Assembly (NCBI GenBank): GCA_030748635.1
Contig: JASMLP010000027.1
Location: forward strand, 1,227-65,226
From: Planctomycetota bacterium
Lineage (GTDB): Bacteria > Planctomycetota > JACQVV01 > JASMLP01
Direction: 5' to 3'
DNA length: 64,000 nt
Part shown: positions 1 to 10,880 of the stretch, one piece after another
Numbering within the stretch: position 1 is the stretch's first letter
How the letters are laid out: the number at the start of each line of letters is the position of its first letter
Translations under genes and position numbers: made by a program
The notes under the pieces: model-generated
What the model was told of the DNA's origin: nothing
Database searches by the model: none
The model's input: the letters and a program-made list of their open reading frames with translations, nothing else

Positions 1-2
1 CT

Positions 3-3000
3 CAAGGTCTGGAAAGGGCTCTGGATGAACAGGCGATCATGCGAAAGCAAGGGGTGTGGCTTACCGTGTCTCAACTGTTGTTCCAGCAGGGTCAGATAGG
101 GGCAGAGGTCTTTGTCGATCTGGAAAACGAGTTGGCTCATGCGAGTCCAGGGTGTTCCGGTTGTGGTCGACATTCTGCCGAGGCGATCGGGAAGACAGGA
201 ACCATTTCCGAGGAATATTTCTGTCTCGATTGTGGGAAGGAACTGGCAAGGGAGAGCGGTTCTGAGCCGGCTAGTGCTGCCAATACGGAGTCAGATCTTG
301 TCGCAAGTGATGATTCGTATATCGCCGAACCGATTCTTCTCGAAGACCCGAAAAGTGGGGAGGGTGGGCAAGGCGATCCCTGGAATTCAGCCGCCTTTTC
401 CCCGAAATCCGAAGGAGATTTCCCGGGCAGCGAAAGCGTAACTTCTGAATGGATTGCTGAAAATGATTCCCCCTGGGACGGTGCCATGACCGTTCATGTG
501 AGTCCTGATGATCAAGCGCAGGGAGAATTAACAGGGGAAGTGCCTACTCCGGGTTCTGTTGTGGTTGAGGAGGTGAGGGAAAGTGGGGCATCCTCCTATA
601 CGGAGGAATTCACTGCCTATAGAGAGTTGGATTCAGCGCCGGGAAATACCCTGCTCGCGTTCAGTCCGGAGGAGGAGAGTCCGGTCGGTTCGGCTTCAGA
701 AGTTTCAGGTCGGTCGGAGGGTAGGGACGCCGATAGCATGGCACCAGACATCTCTGAATTCTCGAGTCATACGAACTGGGATCGTTTGTCTGGAAAAATG
801 TTTGAGCCGGGGTTCACGTTTGCTTCTTTCAGAATTATCGATGTGATCCATAAGGCGGGCACTCTGGGAGAGGTTTACAAGGCGCAGGATCTCGATCTGG
901 AACGAGTGGTGGCTCTCAAAGTGATTCGTGAAGGGGGGGTAGGGGGTTGGGAGAGAGAAAGACGATTCAACCGGGAAGTGGAGGTGATTGCGAATCTGGA
1001 TCACCCGAATATCATTTCGATTTTCAATGGAGGTAGTCACGGAGGATTCAAATATTTCACAATGGAGTATGTGAAAGGTCAGTCCCTGGCAGAGCTTCTC
1101 AAAATGGGGGTTCTGAATCATGACAAGGGATTGCGCATCGTAGCGGAGGTGGCGAGCGCTATCGATTATGCTCATCGAAAAGGGGTTATTCATCGAGATT
1201 TACGGCCAGAAAGCATTCTGGTCGATGAGTCGGGGCATCCTCATATCACCGATTTCTGTCTATCCAAATCGGAGGGATCCACATCGATTACCCGGCATCC
1301 TCGAGATTCTTCCGCGTCGGAACGACAAGCTTCCAGAGTCGATGAGGTCGACCTAGAGCAGATGAACGAAGCGGACGATGTGCTCGGTTTGGGGAGGATC
1401 CTCTACCATGTTCTCACTGGGAAAATGGTGGAAATTTCTCCTGAACCACCTTCTCGGGTCTCGGTGCCGCATGAGGTGGATTCGAAGATCGATACCGAAA
1501 TCAGTCAGATTTGCATTCGCGCACTGGAGACGGACCCAGTGAATCGGTACGCGACCGCTGGTGAATTGGCTTGCGAGATCGAGCGCTATCTTGAGGTCAG
1601 CGCCACTCGAATCGGGCAGAGAGTTCGCAGGGGGCGGGGAGTGGTCAAAGCCGTTCAATGGATGGGGTTTTTTCTGGTGCTATTGGCTGTCTTTTGGGGA
1701 GGGCGATCGTGGCTCGGGTCGCCAGATACAGAGTGGCCGGAATCGACTTCTGGGCAGGACGCCTGGGGATCGGTTATTCAGGAAGGCCAGATCCTCCTTG
1801 CGACGAAAGAGTACAAAAAGGCGTACAAAAAATTTATCGAGGTCGAGGCCGCGCTTCGTGATGCCGACCCACGGGTAGAATCGATTCGAGAGGATGTCAT
1901 CCGAAGTCTGATAGGTATTGCCCACAAAATTCTCGACCAGGAGGACCCGGACCTTGACCGTGCGCAGCATTATTTGGATCGAATTCGGTCCCGATCTCCT
2001 GATCATCCAGAGTTGGATCGGTTGAAAGAAAAGCTCGATGTTCACTTGGGGCAGGTCATCTCCATGGGGCGGTTGTCGATCGATGGACTTTCTCCGGAGT
2101 GGTCAGTAACGCTACAAAAGGTCAACCCGGTTCATTTTGCGGTCGAAGAACAGAAGAAGCTCGGGAATCTGCCCCTACGCAATGTGGGAGTTTCGGAAGG
2201 GAATTATCTGGTTGTCCTGGCTCGGAAAAATTCAGGGCAAAATCAGTTTCCGATCCGTTATTGGAGGAATGAACTGGATGCGATCAGTCCCAAGGAGCGA
2301 TCGATCCGAATCCCGTCTGAGATCCTTCCGAGGATGACCTTTATTCCGGGGGGGTATGAGGGGGGTGATACCGATCTGGTTCAATCCTACTTCATGGATC
2401 GCTTGCCGGTTACCAATAAGGACTTCCAGGAGTATATTCGCGCGACCTCTACCATGAATCAGATTCCAGGTAGTTGGAGGGAGGGGACATTTCTGGCGAA
2501 TCATGCCAACATTCCGGTGACGATGATTCCCTTGGAGGTGGCCTTTAATTACGCTTTATGGAAAGGCAAGCGACTGCCTACTTCGGAGGAATTTCGTCGC
2601 GCTTCCATAGGAATCGATCGGCGGCGATTTCCATGGGGAAACCAGGTCAACGATAGCTATTGTCCGATTCGGAAAACCGATCGTGAATATCCCCGGAGTA
2701 CTACACTGGCAAGCTCCCTCTCAAAAAGCCCCTACGGCTGCTTTGACATGGTGGGGAATCTTTTTCATTTTTTACTTCCTGTGACTATTTCTTCCAGACA
2801 GACAAATGTCCCTTTGGGTGGGGAGCTGTTTTTTCAGGCGCCGGACGGCCGTATTCGACCTCAAGTCGTCAAAAAGTGGGATTATAGGAAGACGCATCCA
2901 CTGGTCGGTTTCCGCTGTGCTCGCAGCTGGATTGGAGAGCCTGGAAAGATGGACGCTCTGGTGTGGCTACGAAGAAAAGTCGGACCGGAAAATGACTCGG

Positions 3001-3965
3001 GAGTTCGAATTGAGGCTATACGCCAGCTGGCTATTTTGGACAACCAATCCGCCTGGGAGGAGGTATACCGACTGGTTCAGGACAAAGATTACGGGGTCCA
3101 GATGGCAGCTCGATGGACCTGTGTCTGGAAGTTTCGGAAAATCGACTTTTTTGGCAATCTTGAAGGGGATCTCAAACGGGCAGATAAAGTGGGATTGGAA
3201 CGCGCGGTTTCTCTTTTATGCTACCGAGGGACAGAGTTGAAGGCGCAACGACTTCTGAAAAAATACTACAAACGATTCGCGCCGGTAGAGAAATGGAAGG
3301 CTCTGTCCTCTCTTCTGCAATTTATGCCGCCCGAGGAGGCTCATTCGCTCGCGTTGGAAGCCCTGAAGCGTTCGAGTGAAGAATCTTTATGGGATGTTGC
3401 ATTGAGTTATTTTTTCAAAAGAAAGGATCGCGCCGCGATCCCTGAGGTGAAGCGCATCCTGTCCTTGCCCGGCGCGCATCAGTTGGGGGCAGGGGGGAAG
3501 CAGCTTCAATTGAAATCGGTGAGGGCGTATCAATATCTTGGAGCCATGGACGACCGGGAATTCCTATCCAGTCAATTGCGCAAGTTGAAAGACGATCAAA
3601 AGGCAATGCTCTACATCATGAGCGCGTTATCTCATCTGAGGGAGCCGCCCGTTCCGTTTGATGAATTGCACGCGATTGTAAATACGAACCGATACTTCCG
3701 TGTCTGGTCCCTCTATGGCCAATATCTGAGTAAACATCTGACCGGGTTTACTCGGGCTGAATGTCAGAAGGCTTTCGATTGGGTGAAAACAGCCCTTGAG
3801 CGGCAAGATGTCGCAAAGAATCCAGAACTGGGGTCTTTGCGTAGAATCTTGAGCCAGACGCGCCAAGAGATGATGGAAAGAATTCAGTTTCTGGAATTGA
3901 GGGAAATGGAATCTGGGGAAGAGGGTGTGCCCCCAAAGAAGAAGAAGGTGGGAGTCGGAGATTAA
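3..3965 (+). CDS. Multidomain Ser/Thr kinase-like protein (probable pseudokinase): Zn ribbon, acidic linker, kinase-like domain, TM, TPR-like, PEGA-like, FGE-sulfatase (SUMF1) domain, HEAT repeats; 5' end lies before the window
   Basis: The frame is open from base 3 (QGLERALDEQAIMRKQG...). Motifs: CSGC/CLDC, VALK, RFNREVEVIANLDHPNII, HRDLRPES, DFC, TM MGFFLVLLAVFWG, and FGE-type FMDRLPVTNKDF, KRLPTSEEF, FPWG, SPYGCFDMVGN, GFRC. C-terminal helical repeats. Confidence 0.85.
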   Translation, partial: QGLERALDEQAIMRKQGVWLTVSQLLFQQGQIGAEVFVDLENELAHASPGCSGCGRHSAEAIGKTGTISEEYFCLDCGKELARESGSEPASAANTESDLVASDDSYIAEPILLEDPKSGEGGQGDPWNSAAFSPKSEGDFPGSESVTSEWIAENDSPWDGAMTVHVSPDDQAQGELTGEVPTPGSVVVEEVRESGASSYTEEFTAYRELDSAPGNTLLAFSPEEESPVGSASEVSGRSEGRDADSMAPDISEFSSHTNWDRLSGKMFEPGFTFASFRIIDVIHKAGTLGEVYKAQDLDLERVVALKVIREGGVGGWERERRFNREVEVIANLDHPNIISIFNGGSHGGFKYFTMEYVKGQSLAELLKMGVLNHDKGLRIVAEVASAIDYAHRKGVIHRDLRPESILVDESGHPHITDFCLSKSEGSTSITRHPRDSSASERQASRVDEVDLEQMNEADDVLGLGRILYHVLTGKMVEISPEPPSRVSVPHEVDSKIDTEISQICIRALETDPVNRYATAGELACEIERYLEVSATRIGQRVRRGRGVVKAVQWMGFFLVLLAVFWGGRSWLGSPDTEWPESTSGQDAWGSVIQEGQILLATKEYKKAYKKFIEVEAALRDADPRVESIREDVIRSLIGIAHKILDQEDPDLDRAQHYLDRIRSRSPDHPELDRLKEKLDVHLGQVISMGRLSIDGLSPEWSVTLQKVNPVHFAVEEQKKLGNLPLRNVGVSEGNYLVVLARKNSGQNQFPIRYWRNELDAISPKERSIRIPSEILPRMTFIPGGYEGGDTDLVQSYFMDRLPVTNKDFQEYIRATSTMNQIPGSWREGTFLANHANIPVTMIPLEVAFNYALWKGKRLPTSEEFRRASIGIDRRRFPWGNQVNDSYCPIRKTDREYPRSTTLASSLSKSPYGCFDMVGNLFHFLLPVTISSRQTNVPLGGELFFQAPDGRIRPQVVKKWDYRKTHPLVGFRCARSWIGEPGKMDALVWLRRKVGPENDSGVRIEAIRQLAILDNQSAWEEVYRLVQDKDYGVQMAARWTCVWKFRKIDFFGNLEGDLKRADKVGLERAVSLLCYRGTELKAQRLLKKYYKRFAPVEKWKALSSLLQFMPPEEAHSLALEALKRSSEESLWDVALSYFFKRKDRAAIPEVKRILSLPGAHQLGAGGKQLQLKSVRAYQYLGAMDDREFLSSQLRKLKDDQKAMLYIMSALSHLREPPVPFDELHAIVNTNRYFRVWSLYGQYLSKHLTGFTRAECQKAFDWVKTALERQDVAKNPELGSLRRILSQTRQEMMERIQFLELREMESGEEGVPPKKKKVGVGD

Positions 3966-4375
3966 TCCGTAGAGGCTTCTTCTCTAATCTCTTCTCGAGA
4001 ATCCGTGTGCCATTGTACTTGGGGGCAGTCTCCCCACAGCATTTCCAGGTCGTAATGCTGACGAACTTCATTGAGGAAGATATGGACGATGATGTCTCGG
4101 TAGTCGAGTAATACCCATCGGGCTTCCGAGTAGCCTTCGACTCCTTCCTTGCAGATTCTTCCATGCGATTTGCTGACGGCCTTGAGTGCGTCAGCGATAG
4201 CCAGGACCTGTCGGCTATTGTGGCCCGAACAGATTACGAAAAATTCAGTAATTTTGATCCGATCACCGACTTCGATAACCCGTATGTCTTGGGCCTTTTT
4301 CTCGTTGGCGGTTCGTGCCAGGAGTAAAGACAGTTCTCGGTGATCGAGACGCGAGGAGTTCGTTTCTCTAGTCAC
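3962..4375 (-). CDS. rsfS: Ribosome silencing factor RsfS (Iojap)
   Basis: EKKAQDIRVI, FFVICSG.NSRQV.AIAD, EG...ARWVLLDY.DIIVHIF...R..YDLEMLWGD. Confidence 0.95.
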   Translation of the reverse strand: MTRETNSSRLDHRELSLLLARTANEKKAQDIRVIEVGDRIKITEFFVICSGHNSRQVLAIADALKAVSKSHGRICKEGVEGYSEARWVLLDYRDIIVHIFLNEVRQHYDLEMLWGDCPQVQWHTDSREEIREEASTD

Positions 4376-5997
4376 AGAATGGTTCCTTCCTGGATATGTG
4401 GAATCCAGAACATGAAGGTCGATCCTGCACCGGGCTGACTCGTGGCTTGGATGTGACCTTGGTGCATATCAATGATGTGTTTGGTGATGGACAATCCGAG
4501 ACCCGTGCCCTCGATCTCGGAGGTGCTAGAACTGTCGACTCGATAAAATTTATTCCAGATCTGATGGATCTGATCGGGAGGGATCCCGATCCCTTCATCG
4601 GCTACCTCGAAATGGACGCGTTCGTTGTCCTCGGATAAATAGACTCTGATTTGAATCGTGCCCCCATCAGGAGAATATTTGGTGGCGTTTGAGATCAGGT
4701 TGTCTACTACCTGGCGAATCTTTTCATGGTCAAAGAGAAAGGAAGGTTCGTTTTCGTCGCACTGGAAGCAGAGCTTGCATTCTGTTCCTGGGTCCAGGAT
4801 ACGCATCGAATCCTGAACGAGATCGGAGATTTTGCCTCGGGATAGAGCGAGGTCGACATTGCCGCTTTCGAGGCGAGAGAGGTCGAGCAGGTCGGTAATC
4901 AGTGAGTGGAGGCGGTGGCCACCTTCTTGGATGATCTGGATAATCTCCTGGTTGTCCGGAGAGAAACTTTCAAGATCGTATTGGAGCACTTCAGCTCCCC
5001 CCATGATGGCGGTCAGAGGGGTTTTCAGTTCGTGACTGACGGTGTGGAGAAACTCGGTCTTCATGACGTCGAGTTCTCGAAGTTTTTGAACTTCGCGGGA
5101 GAGGGCAAGATCTCGGCAGATGAAGACAATTCCGGTGGGATTGTTTTTGCGGTCGTAGACAATGGATGTGCTGATGCCGATGAGAATATCTGTTCGGTCA
5201 CCGATGCGGTGCTGAAATTCATAATCGAACTGTTCTTCACCTTTGAGGGTCGAAATCACGAGTTTACCGAAGACGGCGGCGACTTCTGGACTCATGGCCC
5301 GCTGGTATTTTTCTTGAAGGGTGAAAAAGCGTCGGAGGTCAAACATGAATTCAGCATTGGAATTCATGGTGACGATCTGATCGTCGAGATTGGTGACCAG
5401 GACGGCGTAGGGGATCGATTCGAGTACGTTGTCCAGTAGGCTCCCAATTTCCTGGACTTCGGCGTAGAGCGTGGCATTTTCGACCTGAATGCCCACCACT
5501 CGTCCCAGAGTGGATAGCATGTCCAGTTCAATATGACTGAGAGTGGATATCTCTGATCGGGACCATAAAACCATGAGACCCTGGACATTGCTGTGAGATA
5601 CGATCGGAACGATGACCTGGGTGTGGACCTCCTTCTCGATCAACTCGGGTTCATCGATCGGTAGGGAGGAGGCGGTTCGGTTCTGAACGGCCCATTCGAT
5701 CAGATCCTCTCCCAATTCGGGGAGTAATCCCTCGAGGTGAGAAGGGACCTCCTCCAGATTTGGGATTTCCAGTGTGGTCAACTCTCCGCGGAGAATAACC
5801 TGAGACGCGATGCCCCCAACCATACGGCTCGCGATTTCTCGGGCATGACGAAAGATCTCGGCGCGGTTTCGAAGCCCTTGGATGCGTTCAAGTCGCTGAT
5901 GGAATTGTCGATAAACTTCGAAGGAGCGACGGATCTCCGCTTTTTCGAGGCGGAGTTTCTCGGTATTCGAAGATTTGGGCTCTCGCTCGATACTCAT
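4372..5997 (-). CDS. Cytoplasmic sensor histidine kinase (GAF-PAS-HisKA-HATPase)
   Basis: H-box VSHELKTPLTAI, N-box NLISNATKYS, G1 DEGIGI, G2 GTGLGLSI; PAS-like VLVTNLDDQIVTMNSNAE; no TM segment. Confidence 0.93.
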   Translation of the reverse strand: MSIEREPKSSNTEKLRLEKAEIRRSFEVYRQFHQRLERIQGLRNRAEIFRHAREIASRMVGGIASQVILRGELTTLEIPNLEEVPSHLEGLLPELGEDLIEWAVQNRTASSLPIDEPELIEKEVHTQVIVPIVSHSNVQGLMVLWSRSEISTLSHIELDMLSTLGRVVGIQVENATLYAEVQEIGSLLDNVLESIPYAVLVTNLDDQIVTMNSNAEFMFDLRRFFTLQEKYQRAMSPEVAAVFGKLVISTLKGEEQFDYEFQHRIGDRTDILIGISTSIVYDRKNNPTGIVFICRDLALSREVQKLRELDVMKTEFLHTVSHELKTPLTAIMGGAEVLQYDLESFSPDNQEIIQIIQEGGHRLHSLITDLLDLSRLESGNVDLALSRGKISDLVQDSMRILDPGTECKLCFQCDENEPSFLFDHEKIRQVVDNLISNATKYSPDGGTIQIRVYLSEDNERVHFEVADEGIGIPPDQIHQIWNKFYRVDSSSTSEIEGTGLGLSITKHIIDMHQGHIQATSQPGAGSTFMFWIPHIQEGTIL

Positions 5998-6037
5998 GGA
6001 ACGATGATCCGTTCACAAAGTTGGAGAGATTCAAATA

Positions 6038-6904
6038 TCATCGGATCAATGCGAAAAAAGCTTCGCCTTTTTCGATGCCCTGTAGTGTCGAATCGCACAA
6101 TTGTTTGAGAAGATCGCCATTCAGGTAGAAGTGATCCCATGTCGATTCGGAAATTTTTGGCATGTTGTTATCCCCGCCACTACCGATTCCCAGAGCGCGA
6201 ACGATCAAATCTGCCAGGTGAACGACATGGGTTAACTCTCGGGCCTCGGTGGCCAAATCCGGTTTGTGATGCCTCCAGATCGGAACGATAATGTTTTGCG
6301 GGAAGTTCCAGCGTTCTGCCAGCCATTTGCCGATGCGGGAATGATCGACACCCATGATCTCCATTTCGGCCTGGGCCATGGTTAAGTCGTCTTTTATCAC
6401 CAGTTCGGTAATCTCTGAAAACTCCTTTTCCAAGAATTGGGAAATCACGACTTTTCCGATGTCATGAAGGAGGCCCGCAACAAAGGCGTCCTCCTCGACC
6501 TTGAGTCCCAGTTCGTGGGCGGACCGCTCCGCAGCGATGGCGACAGCCAGGGAATGTTCCCAGAATTGATAAAAATCGAATCCGTTGTTCGAGGTCCGTT
6601 TCAAGCCGCCGATTATGGCGGTCGTGAGAGCGATGCTTTTGACTTTGTTGAATCCGAGAATCACGATCGATCGGGTTACCGATGTGATTTGCTTGGGGAA
6701 TCCGTAAAAAGCGCTGTTGACAATCTTGAGGGTTTTGGCGGAAAGAGAAGGGTCGTGACTGATGATTTCGCCGATGTCCTGTGCGCTGGTAGTTGGGTCC
6801 TGCATCGCCTCATTGATCCGTTGGGCGACGGTGGGAAGGGTGGGGAGGTCCGGAATCCTCTGAATCTCCCGAAGGATCCGGCTTTGGTCAGTTTTTTCGG
6901 TCAC
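6038..6904 (-). CDS. HDOD-domain protein
   Basis: LPTLPTVA, DPSLSAKTLKIVNSAFYG, FWEHSLAVA, AGLLHDIGK, DHSRIG.WLAERWNFP, HH. Confidence 0.93.
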   Translation of the reverse strand: MTEKTDQSRILREIQRIPDLPTLPTVAQRINEAMQDPTTSAQDIGEIISHDPSLSAKTLKIVNSAFYGFPKQITSVTRSIVILGFNKVKSIALTTAIIGGLKRTSNNGFDFYQFWEHSLAVAIAAERSAHELGLKVEEDAFVAGLLHDIGKVVISQFLEKEFSEITELVIKDDLTMAQAEMEIMGVDHSRIGKWLAERWNFPQNIIVPIWRHHKPDLATEARELTHVVHLADLIVRALGIGSGGDNNMPKISESTWDHFYLNGDLLKQLCDSTLQGIEKGEAFFALIR

Positions 6905-7245
6905 CGACTGTTCTTGTCCTTTTGTAATAGAGAAGAAAGAGCCGCCATTTTCAGGAGTTGCATTCGCGGATTATCCGAATGATGTCGGAACCGCGTTTCG
7001 ATTTCTGTGGCGATTCGGACACTCCTCTTGGTGTCTGGAGTGTCGGGCGCTTCGGCTACGAGTGAAGGAACCGATTCGATTTCGGTCTGTATGGAGAGGT
7101 TTTGGATCCCGAAGGATTCCAGTCGGTCGATGATGGCCGATGTAAGTACTTCACCTTTGCGAAGAAGGGTACGTCCCATACGATCTTCCACCGGGCGCGC
7201 GAGGATCAGTCCTTCTCGCGCTTCATCAACCGTAATGATTTTCAT
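6901..7245 (-). CDS. Small protein resembling the N-terminal module of HD-GYP/HDOD-associated proteins
   Basis: [27 protein letters not shown]...I.RL..FGI pattern; 4-bp overlap with the HDOD gene. Confidence 0.7.
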   Translation of the reverse strand: MKIITVDEAREGLILARPVEDRMGRTLLRKGEVLTSAIIDRLESFGIQNLSIQTEIESVPSLVAEAPDTPDTKRSVRIATEIETRFRHHSDNPRMQLLKMAALSSLLQKDKNSR

Positions 7246-7304
7246 GTAAGACTCAACTTAGCGAATGTGACGTTCCAATCAACCCTCGGTCGCGTGGCTT
7301 CTAT

Positions 7305-7350
7305 AAAAAAAGCGCCGTACTTTCCTGTCAAAAAGAAGAGTACGGCGCTT
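7305..7350 (-). terminator. Rho-independent terminator downstream of hppA
   Basis: Inverted repeat AAGCGCCGTACT (7310-7321) / AGTACGGCGCTT (7339-7350), followed on the minus strand by a T run (A run at 7305-7311). Confidence 0.85.
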
Positions 7351-7365
7351 GAAAATCCCAAGTGT

Positions 7366-9531
7366 CTATCCGCCACCCACGAAGAGGGGGAGAAAGACCA
7401 GTCCGACAATGCACATCAACTTGACCAGAATGTTGAGCGAGGGACCGGAGGTGTCTTTGAAAGGGTCTCCAACGGTATCACCGACGACCGAGGCCTTGTG
7501 GGCTTCTGAACCTTTACCCTGCACTTCACCATCCGCGTTCTTTAGCGCGCCGGTTTCGATGTATTTTTTGGCATTGTCCCAGGCGCCACCAGCGTTGGCC
7601 ATGAATATGGCCATCAGGACACCTGTGACGAGAGCTCCGGCCAAAAGGCCGCCTAAACCCTCGACACCCAGGGGACTCATGCCCACCGCGATGGGTACGA
7701 TGATGGCCAGAAGGCCCGGAAGGGTCATTTCCATCAAGGCGCTCTTGGTCGTGATGGAAATACAACGATCGTAATCCGGTGTGGCTTTGCCTTCGGCGAT
7801 TCCGGGAATCGACTTCCACTGGCGTTGCACTTCCTGCATGACTTTGCTGGCGGCACGACCGACAGCACGCATGGTCATACTCGAAAAGAGGAAGGGAAGC
7901 ATTCCGCCAATAAGCATGCCCACCAGCACGTTGACTTCCATGATGTCCAGCTTGAGAGGGCCGTGGCCCAGTTCGATATGCCGCTGGCTGATGGCCTGAA
8001 AGAGAGCCAGCGCGGTGAGCGCAGCGGATCCGATTGCAAAGCCTTTTCCGATGGCAGCGGTGGTATTGCCCGCGGCATCGAGCGCGTCGGTCCGTTGACG
8101 AACTTCCGGGTCGCAACCACTCATCTCGGCAAGTCCACCGGCATTGTCGGCGACCGGTCCGTACGCATCGACTCCAAGGCTGATCCCGAGAGTGGAGAGC
8201 ATACCCACTGCGCTGATGGCGATGCCGTAGATTCCGGCAAAGTGAAAGGAGGCCATGATGGCGACACAGATCAGTATCAGCGGAATCGCCGTCGATTCCA
8301 TTCCCACAGAGAGACCGTAAATGATGTTGGTGGCGGCGCCACCGGTATCGGATTCAGCCGCGATTTTCTTGGCGTGAGGTCGATGTTCGCTGGTGTAGTG
8401 TTCCGTAACCAGGCCGATGGCTAAACCGACTCCGAGGCCGAGGTACAATGCCCAGAGGATTCCAAGCGTGGACTTGCCTTCGATATGGATGCCTGAAGAA
8501 GAAATCAGAAACCAGGAGCCCACGGCCACCAGGATGGAGGCGATCAGAAGTCCACGAAAGAGTGCGGAGTTGAGTTTGCTTTCGTCCTGAGTTCGGACGA
8601 AGAAAAAGCCGATCATGCTGGCGAAGAGTCCTAAGCCGGCCAGGAGTAGGGGCAGTGTGGTGGCAATGCCCGCCCATTCTGGATTGAAGACAAGTCGTTC
8701 GCCACCGATCTTCGTCATGGTTAATCCGAGGGCCATGGCGGCGATGATGGAACCAACATAACTTTCGAAGAGGTCTGCTCCCATGCCTGCCACATCGCCT
8801 ACATTGTCTCCAACGTTGTCGGCGATGGTTGCCGGGTTGCGCGGATCGTCTTCGGGGATTCCCGCGATGACTTTGCCGACAATATCTGCTCCAACGTCCG
8901 CAGCTTTGGTGTAGATCCCTCCGCCGACACGGGCAAAGAGAGCCACGGAACTCGCGCCGAGGCCAAAGCCGAATATAGGGTCGGGGTTATGGCCCCAGAG
9001 GATGTAAAGGCCTGTGACTCCTGCAAGACCGAGTCCTGTCACACAAAGCCCCATGACGATTCCGCTGCTGAAGGCAACTCGCAGAGCATCACCCAGGCTC
9101 TTTTTAGCACTCTGGGTTGTGCGGACAGCGCTGCGGGTCGCGACCTTCATGCCGATAAATCCGCAGCATGCGCTACAGAATGCACCTAGCAGATAGGAGA
9201 GGGCTGTTCCACCCTTTCCTGTCTCGTGATCGAAGAAGAGGGTGGATCCATCGATCGTTAACAGGAGAGCGACAAAGAGTATGAGGGCGAAAATCGTGAC
9301 AACGGTGTATTCATTCTTGAGGAATGTCATCGCGCCGTCGTGAACATATTCGGAGATTTCGCGCATCCGATCGGTTCCAGTGTCCTTCTTCTTGATGGAC
9401 ATCCAGAGGAATGCGACAAAGAGAAGGGCGGCCAGGGGAGCCAGACCCGCCACATATTTGAAGATCTCGTACTGGGAAACTGCAAGCAGTCCGGTCCAGA
9501 CCTCGGCGAGGGGTATCGCTACGGTATTCAT
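7366..9531 (-). CDS. hppA: Membrane-bound Na+/H+-translocating pyrophosphatase, K+-dependent type
   Basis: [47 protein letters not shown] (Ala here marks the K+-dependent type), [14 protein letters not shown]. Confidence 0.97.
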   Translation of the reverse strand: MNTVAIPLAEVWTGLLAVSQYEIFKYVAGLAPLAALLFVAFLWMSIKKKDTGTDRMREISEYVHDGAMTFLKNEYTVVTIFALILFVALLLTIDGSTLFFDHETGKGGTALSYLLGAFCSACCGFIGMKVATRSAVRTTQSAKKSLGDALRVAFSSGIVMGLCVTGLGLAGVTGLYILWGHNPDPIFGFGLGASSVALFARVGGGIYTKAADVGADIVGKVIAGIPEDDPRNPATIADNVGDNVGDVAGMGADLFESYVGSIIAAMALGLTMTKIGGERLVFNPEWAGIATTLPLLLAGLGLFASMIGFFFVRTQDESKLNSALFRGLLIASILVAVGSWFLISSSGIHIEGKSTLGILWALYLGLGVGLAIGLVTEHYTSEHRPHAKKIAAESDTGGAATNIIYGLSVGMESTAIPLILICVAIMASFHFAGIYGIAISAVGMLSTLGISLGVDAYGPVADNAGGLAEMSGCDPEVRQRTDALDAAGNTTAAIGKGFAIGSAALTALALFQAISQRHIELGHGPLKLDIMEVNVLVGMLIGGMLPFLFSSMTMRAVGRAASKVMQEVQRQWKSIPGIAEGKATPDYDRCISITTKSALMEMTLPGLLAIIVPIAVGMSPLGVEGLGGLLAGALVTGVLMAIFMANAGGAWDNAKKYIETGALKNADGEVQGKGSEAHKASVVGDTVGDPFKDTSGPSLNILVKLMCIVGLVFLPLFVGGG

Positions 9532-9578
9532 CTGAAGTTTTGCCTTTCAAATTCGAGGATTCGGAAGTCCTCTGGACT

Positions 9579-10880
9579 TCATTCTTCCGTTTGCTGAGTT
9601 CTGAGTCGAGTCCGGTTCAACCACTGGCTCCGAACGATATGGACGTGATCCGCAAGGTTGAGTCGGGCGTACCAGACGTCTTCGGGTTCACCGGGAATGC
9701 GTGGAAACTCGAGGATAACGATCTGGGGAAACCTGGGAAAATAACGGTCTCGAAGCTCGATGCCAACCCGTTGGGGGTAGCGCCAGATCTGACGAAGTTG
9801 CTTGTAGTAGGATTTGGGGCCCATCTGACGCCTCCAGAGGGCCATTTGCTTTTTAGAAAAAAACCAGGATTGGGACCAGATTTTTTCCATTTCTCGCCGG
9901 AATCGTTTTCGACCGAGCCGCCGCTCCGATAACCGGTTGAGTTTGTGGAGCGTTTGGTCCAACTCCAGGAGGTTGGCGTAAATCCGGGCGAGAGATTCCG
10001 AGATCCTTCTATTTTCTTTTCTAAACCAATCGGCAGCCTTGTGAGCGTAACGAATTGCGAGAGTCTCATTTTCTTCGGCAAGATGCCGTGTAATCTGACG
10101 AAGGAGCAAAGTGCCGTCCAGGGGGATTGAGGGGAGATTGCCTCGCTCGACCCAGTCCGCGTGATCCGTTTGGATGTGCTCTCGGATTTCCAGAATTCTC
10201 TTTCGATATCTCTGGTAAGTTTCAAGGTCGTCCTCGAGCAGAGCTTGGGCGGCGAGAACTCCGTAACATCCGGTCGCCAGCATGGTGTCGACATAAGGAG
10301 CGTGTCCCGGAATGTTGTGGGCCTTTTCGTACCAGCGTGCGGCCATCACGTGTGAAGAGTGGCCGTATTCTTCGATACAGCGCTGCTGGTAGACTTTGGA
10401 GTAACGCAGTTTGTGCCAGAAATAGAAACCGATATCTGCGCAAAGATGCCAGCTTTCCGGGTTCTTCTCCGCCCCTTGCATTGCATAATCGAGTCCTTCT
10501 CGGATCCAGCGCCACTGCTGTTGGGGTGATTCCATGGTGACGGAAATGTTATAGGCCAGGTTCCAGGCGTTGTAGGTCCAGACGAAGGGGTTGTAGGGCT
10601 GCAACTTTCCGATGACCTCGAACGTGGAGCGGAGTGCATACCACTGTTGTGTGTTGGCCTGGGTATCGGCTTGAATCCAGTACATATTGATCAGAAAAGA
10701 CCGAAAGTTGCCCAGGGCAACCGTGGATACGAAGGTCAATGGGTCGGTGGATTGCTCATGGGATTGGGGCTCGAGTTGTTCTTCGATCCGTTGCTCTTGG
10801 AGTCGGGAGAGAAGAAAAGGGCTGGCGCCACCAAGGAGGAGAAGACAGCAGAGAAGGGTGGGCAGGACCGTGTTTTTCAT
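9579..10880 (-). CDS. Membrane-anchored helical (TPR-like) protein associated with the ABC cassette
   Basis: Start at MKNTVL gives an ATGA overlap with the permease stop; N-terminal hydrophobic helix; LGNFRSFLINMYWIQAD and WNLAYNISV motifs. Confidence 0.7.
   Translation of the reverse strand: MKNTVLPTLLCCLLLLGGASPFLLSRLQEQRIEEQLEPQSHEQSTDPLTFVSTVALGNFRSFLINMYWIQADTQANTQQWYALRSTFEVIGKLQPYNPFVWTYNAWNLAYNISVTMESPQQQWRWIREGLDYAMQGAEKNPESWHLCADIGFYFWHKLRYSKVYQQRCIEEYGHSSHVMAARWYEKAHNIPGHAPYVDTMLATGCYGVLAAQALLEDDLETYQRYRKRILEIREHIQTDHADWVERGNLPSIPLDGTLLLRQITRHLAEENETLAIRYAHKAADWFRKENRRISESLARIYANLLELDQTLHKLNRLSERRLGRKRFRREMEKIWSQSWFFSKKQMALWRRQMGPKSYYKQLRQIWRYPQRVGIELRDRYFPRFPQIVILEFPRIPGEPEDVWYARLNLADHVHIVRSQWLNRTRLRTQQTEE

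Noticed and set aside
3930-3950. PPKKKKV at the kinase C-terminus resembles the SV40 nuclear localisation signal
   Set aside because: A short low-complexity Lys run in a disordered tail of a membrane protein; no evidence of secretion into a eukaryotic host.
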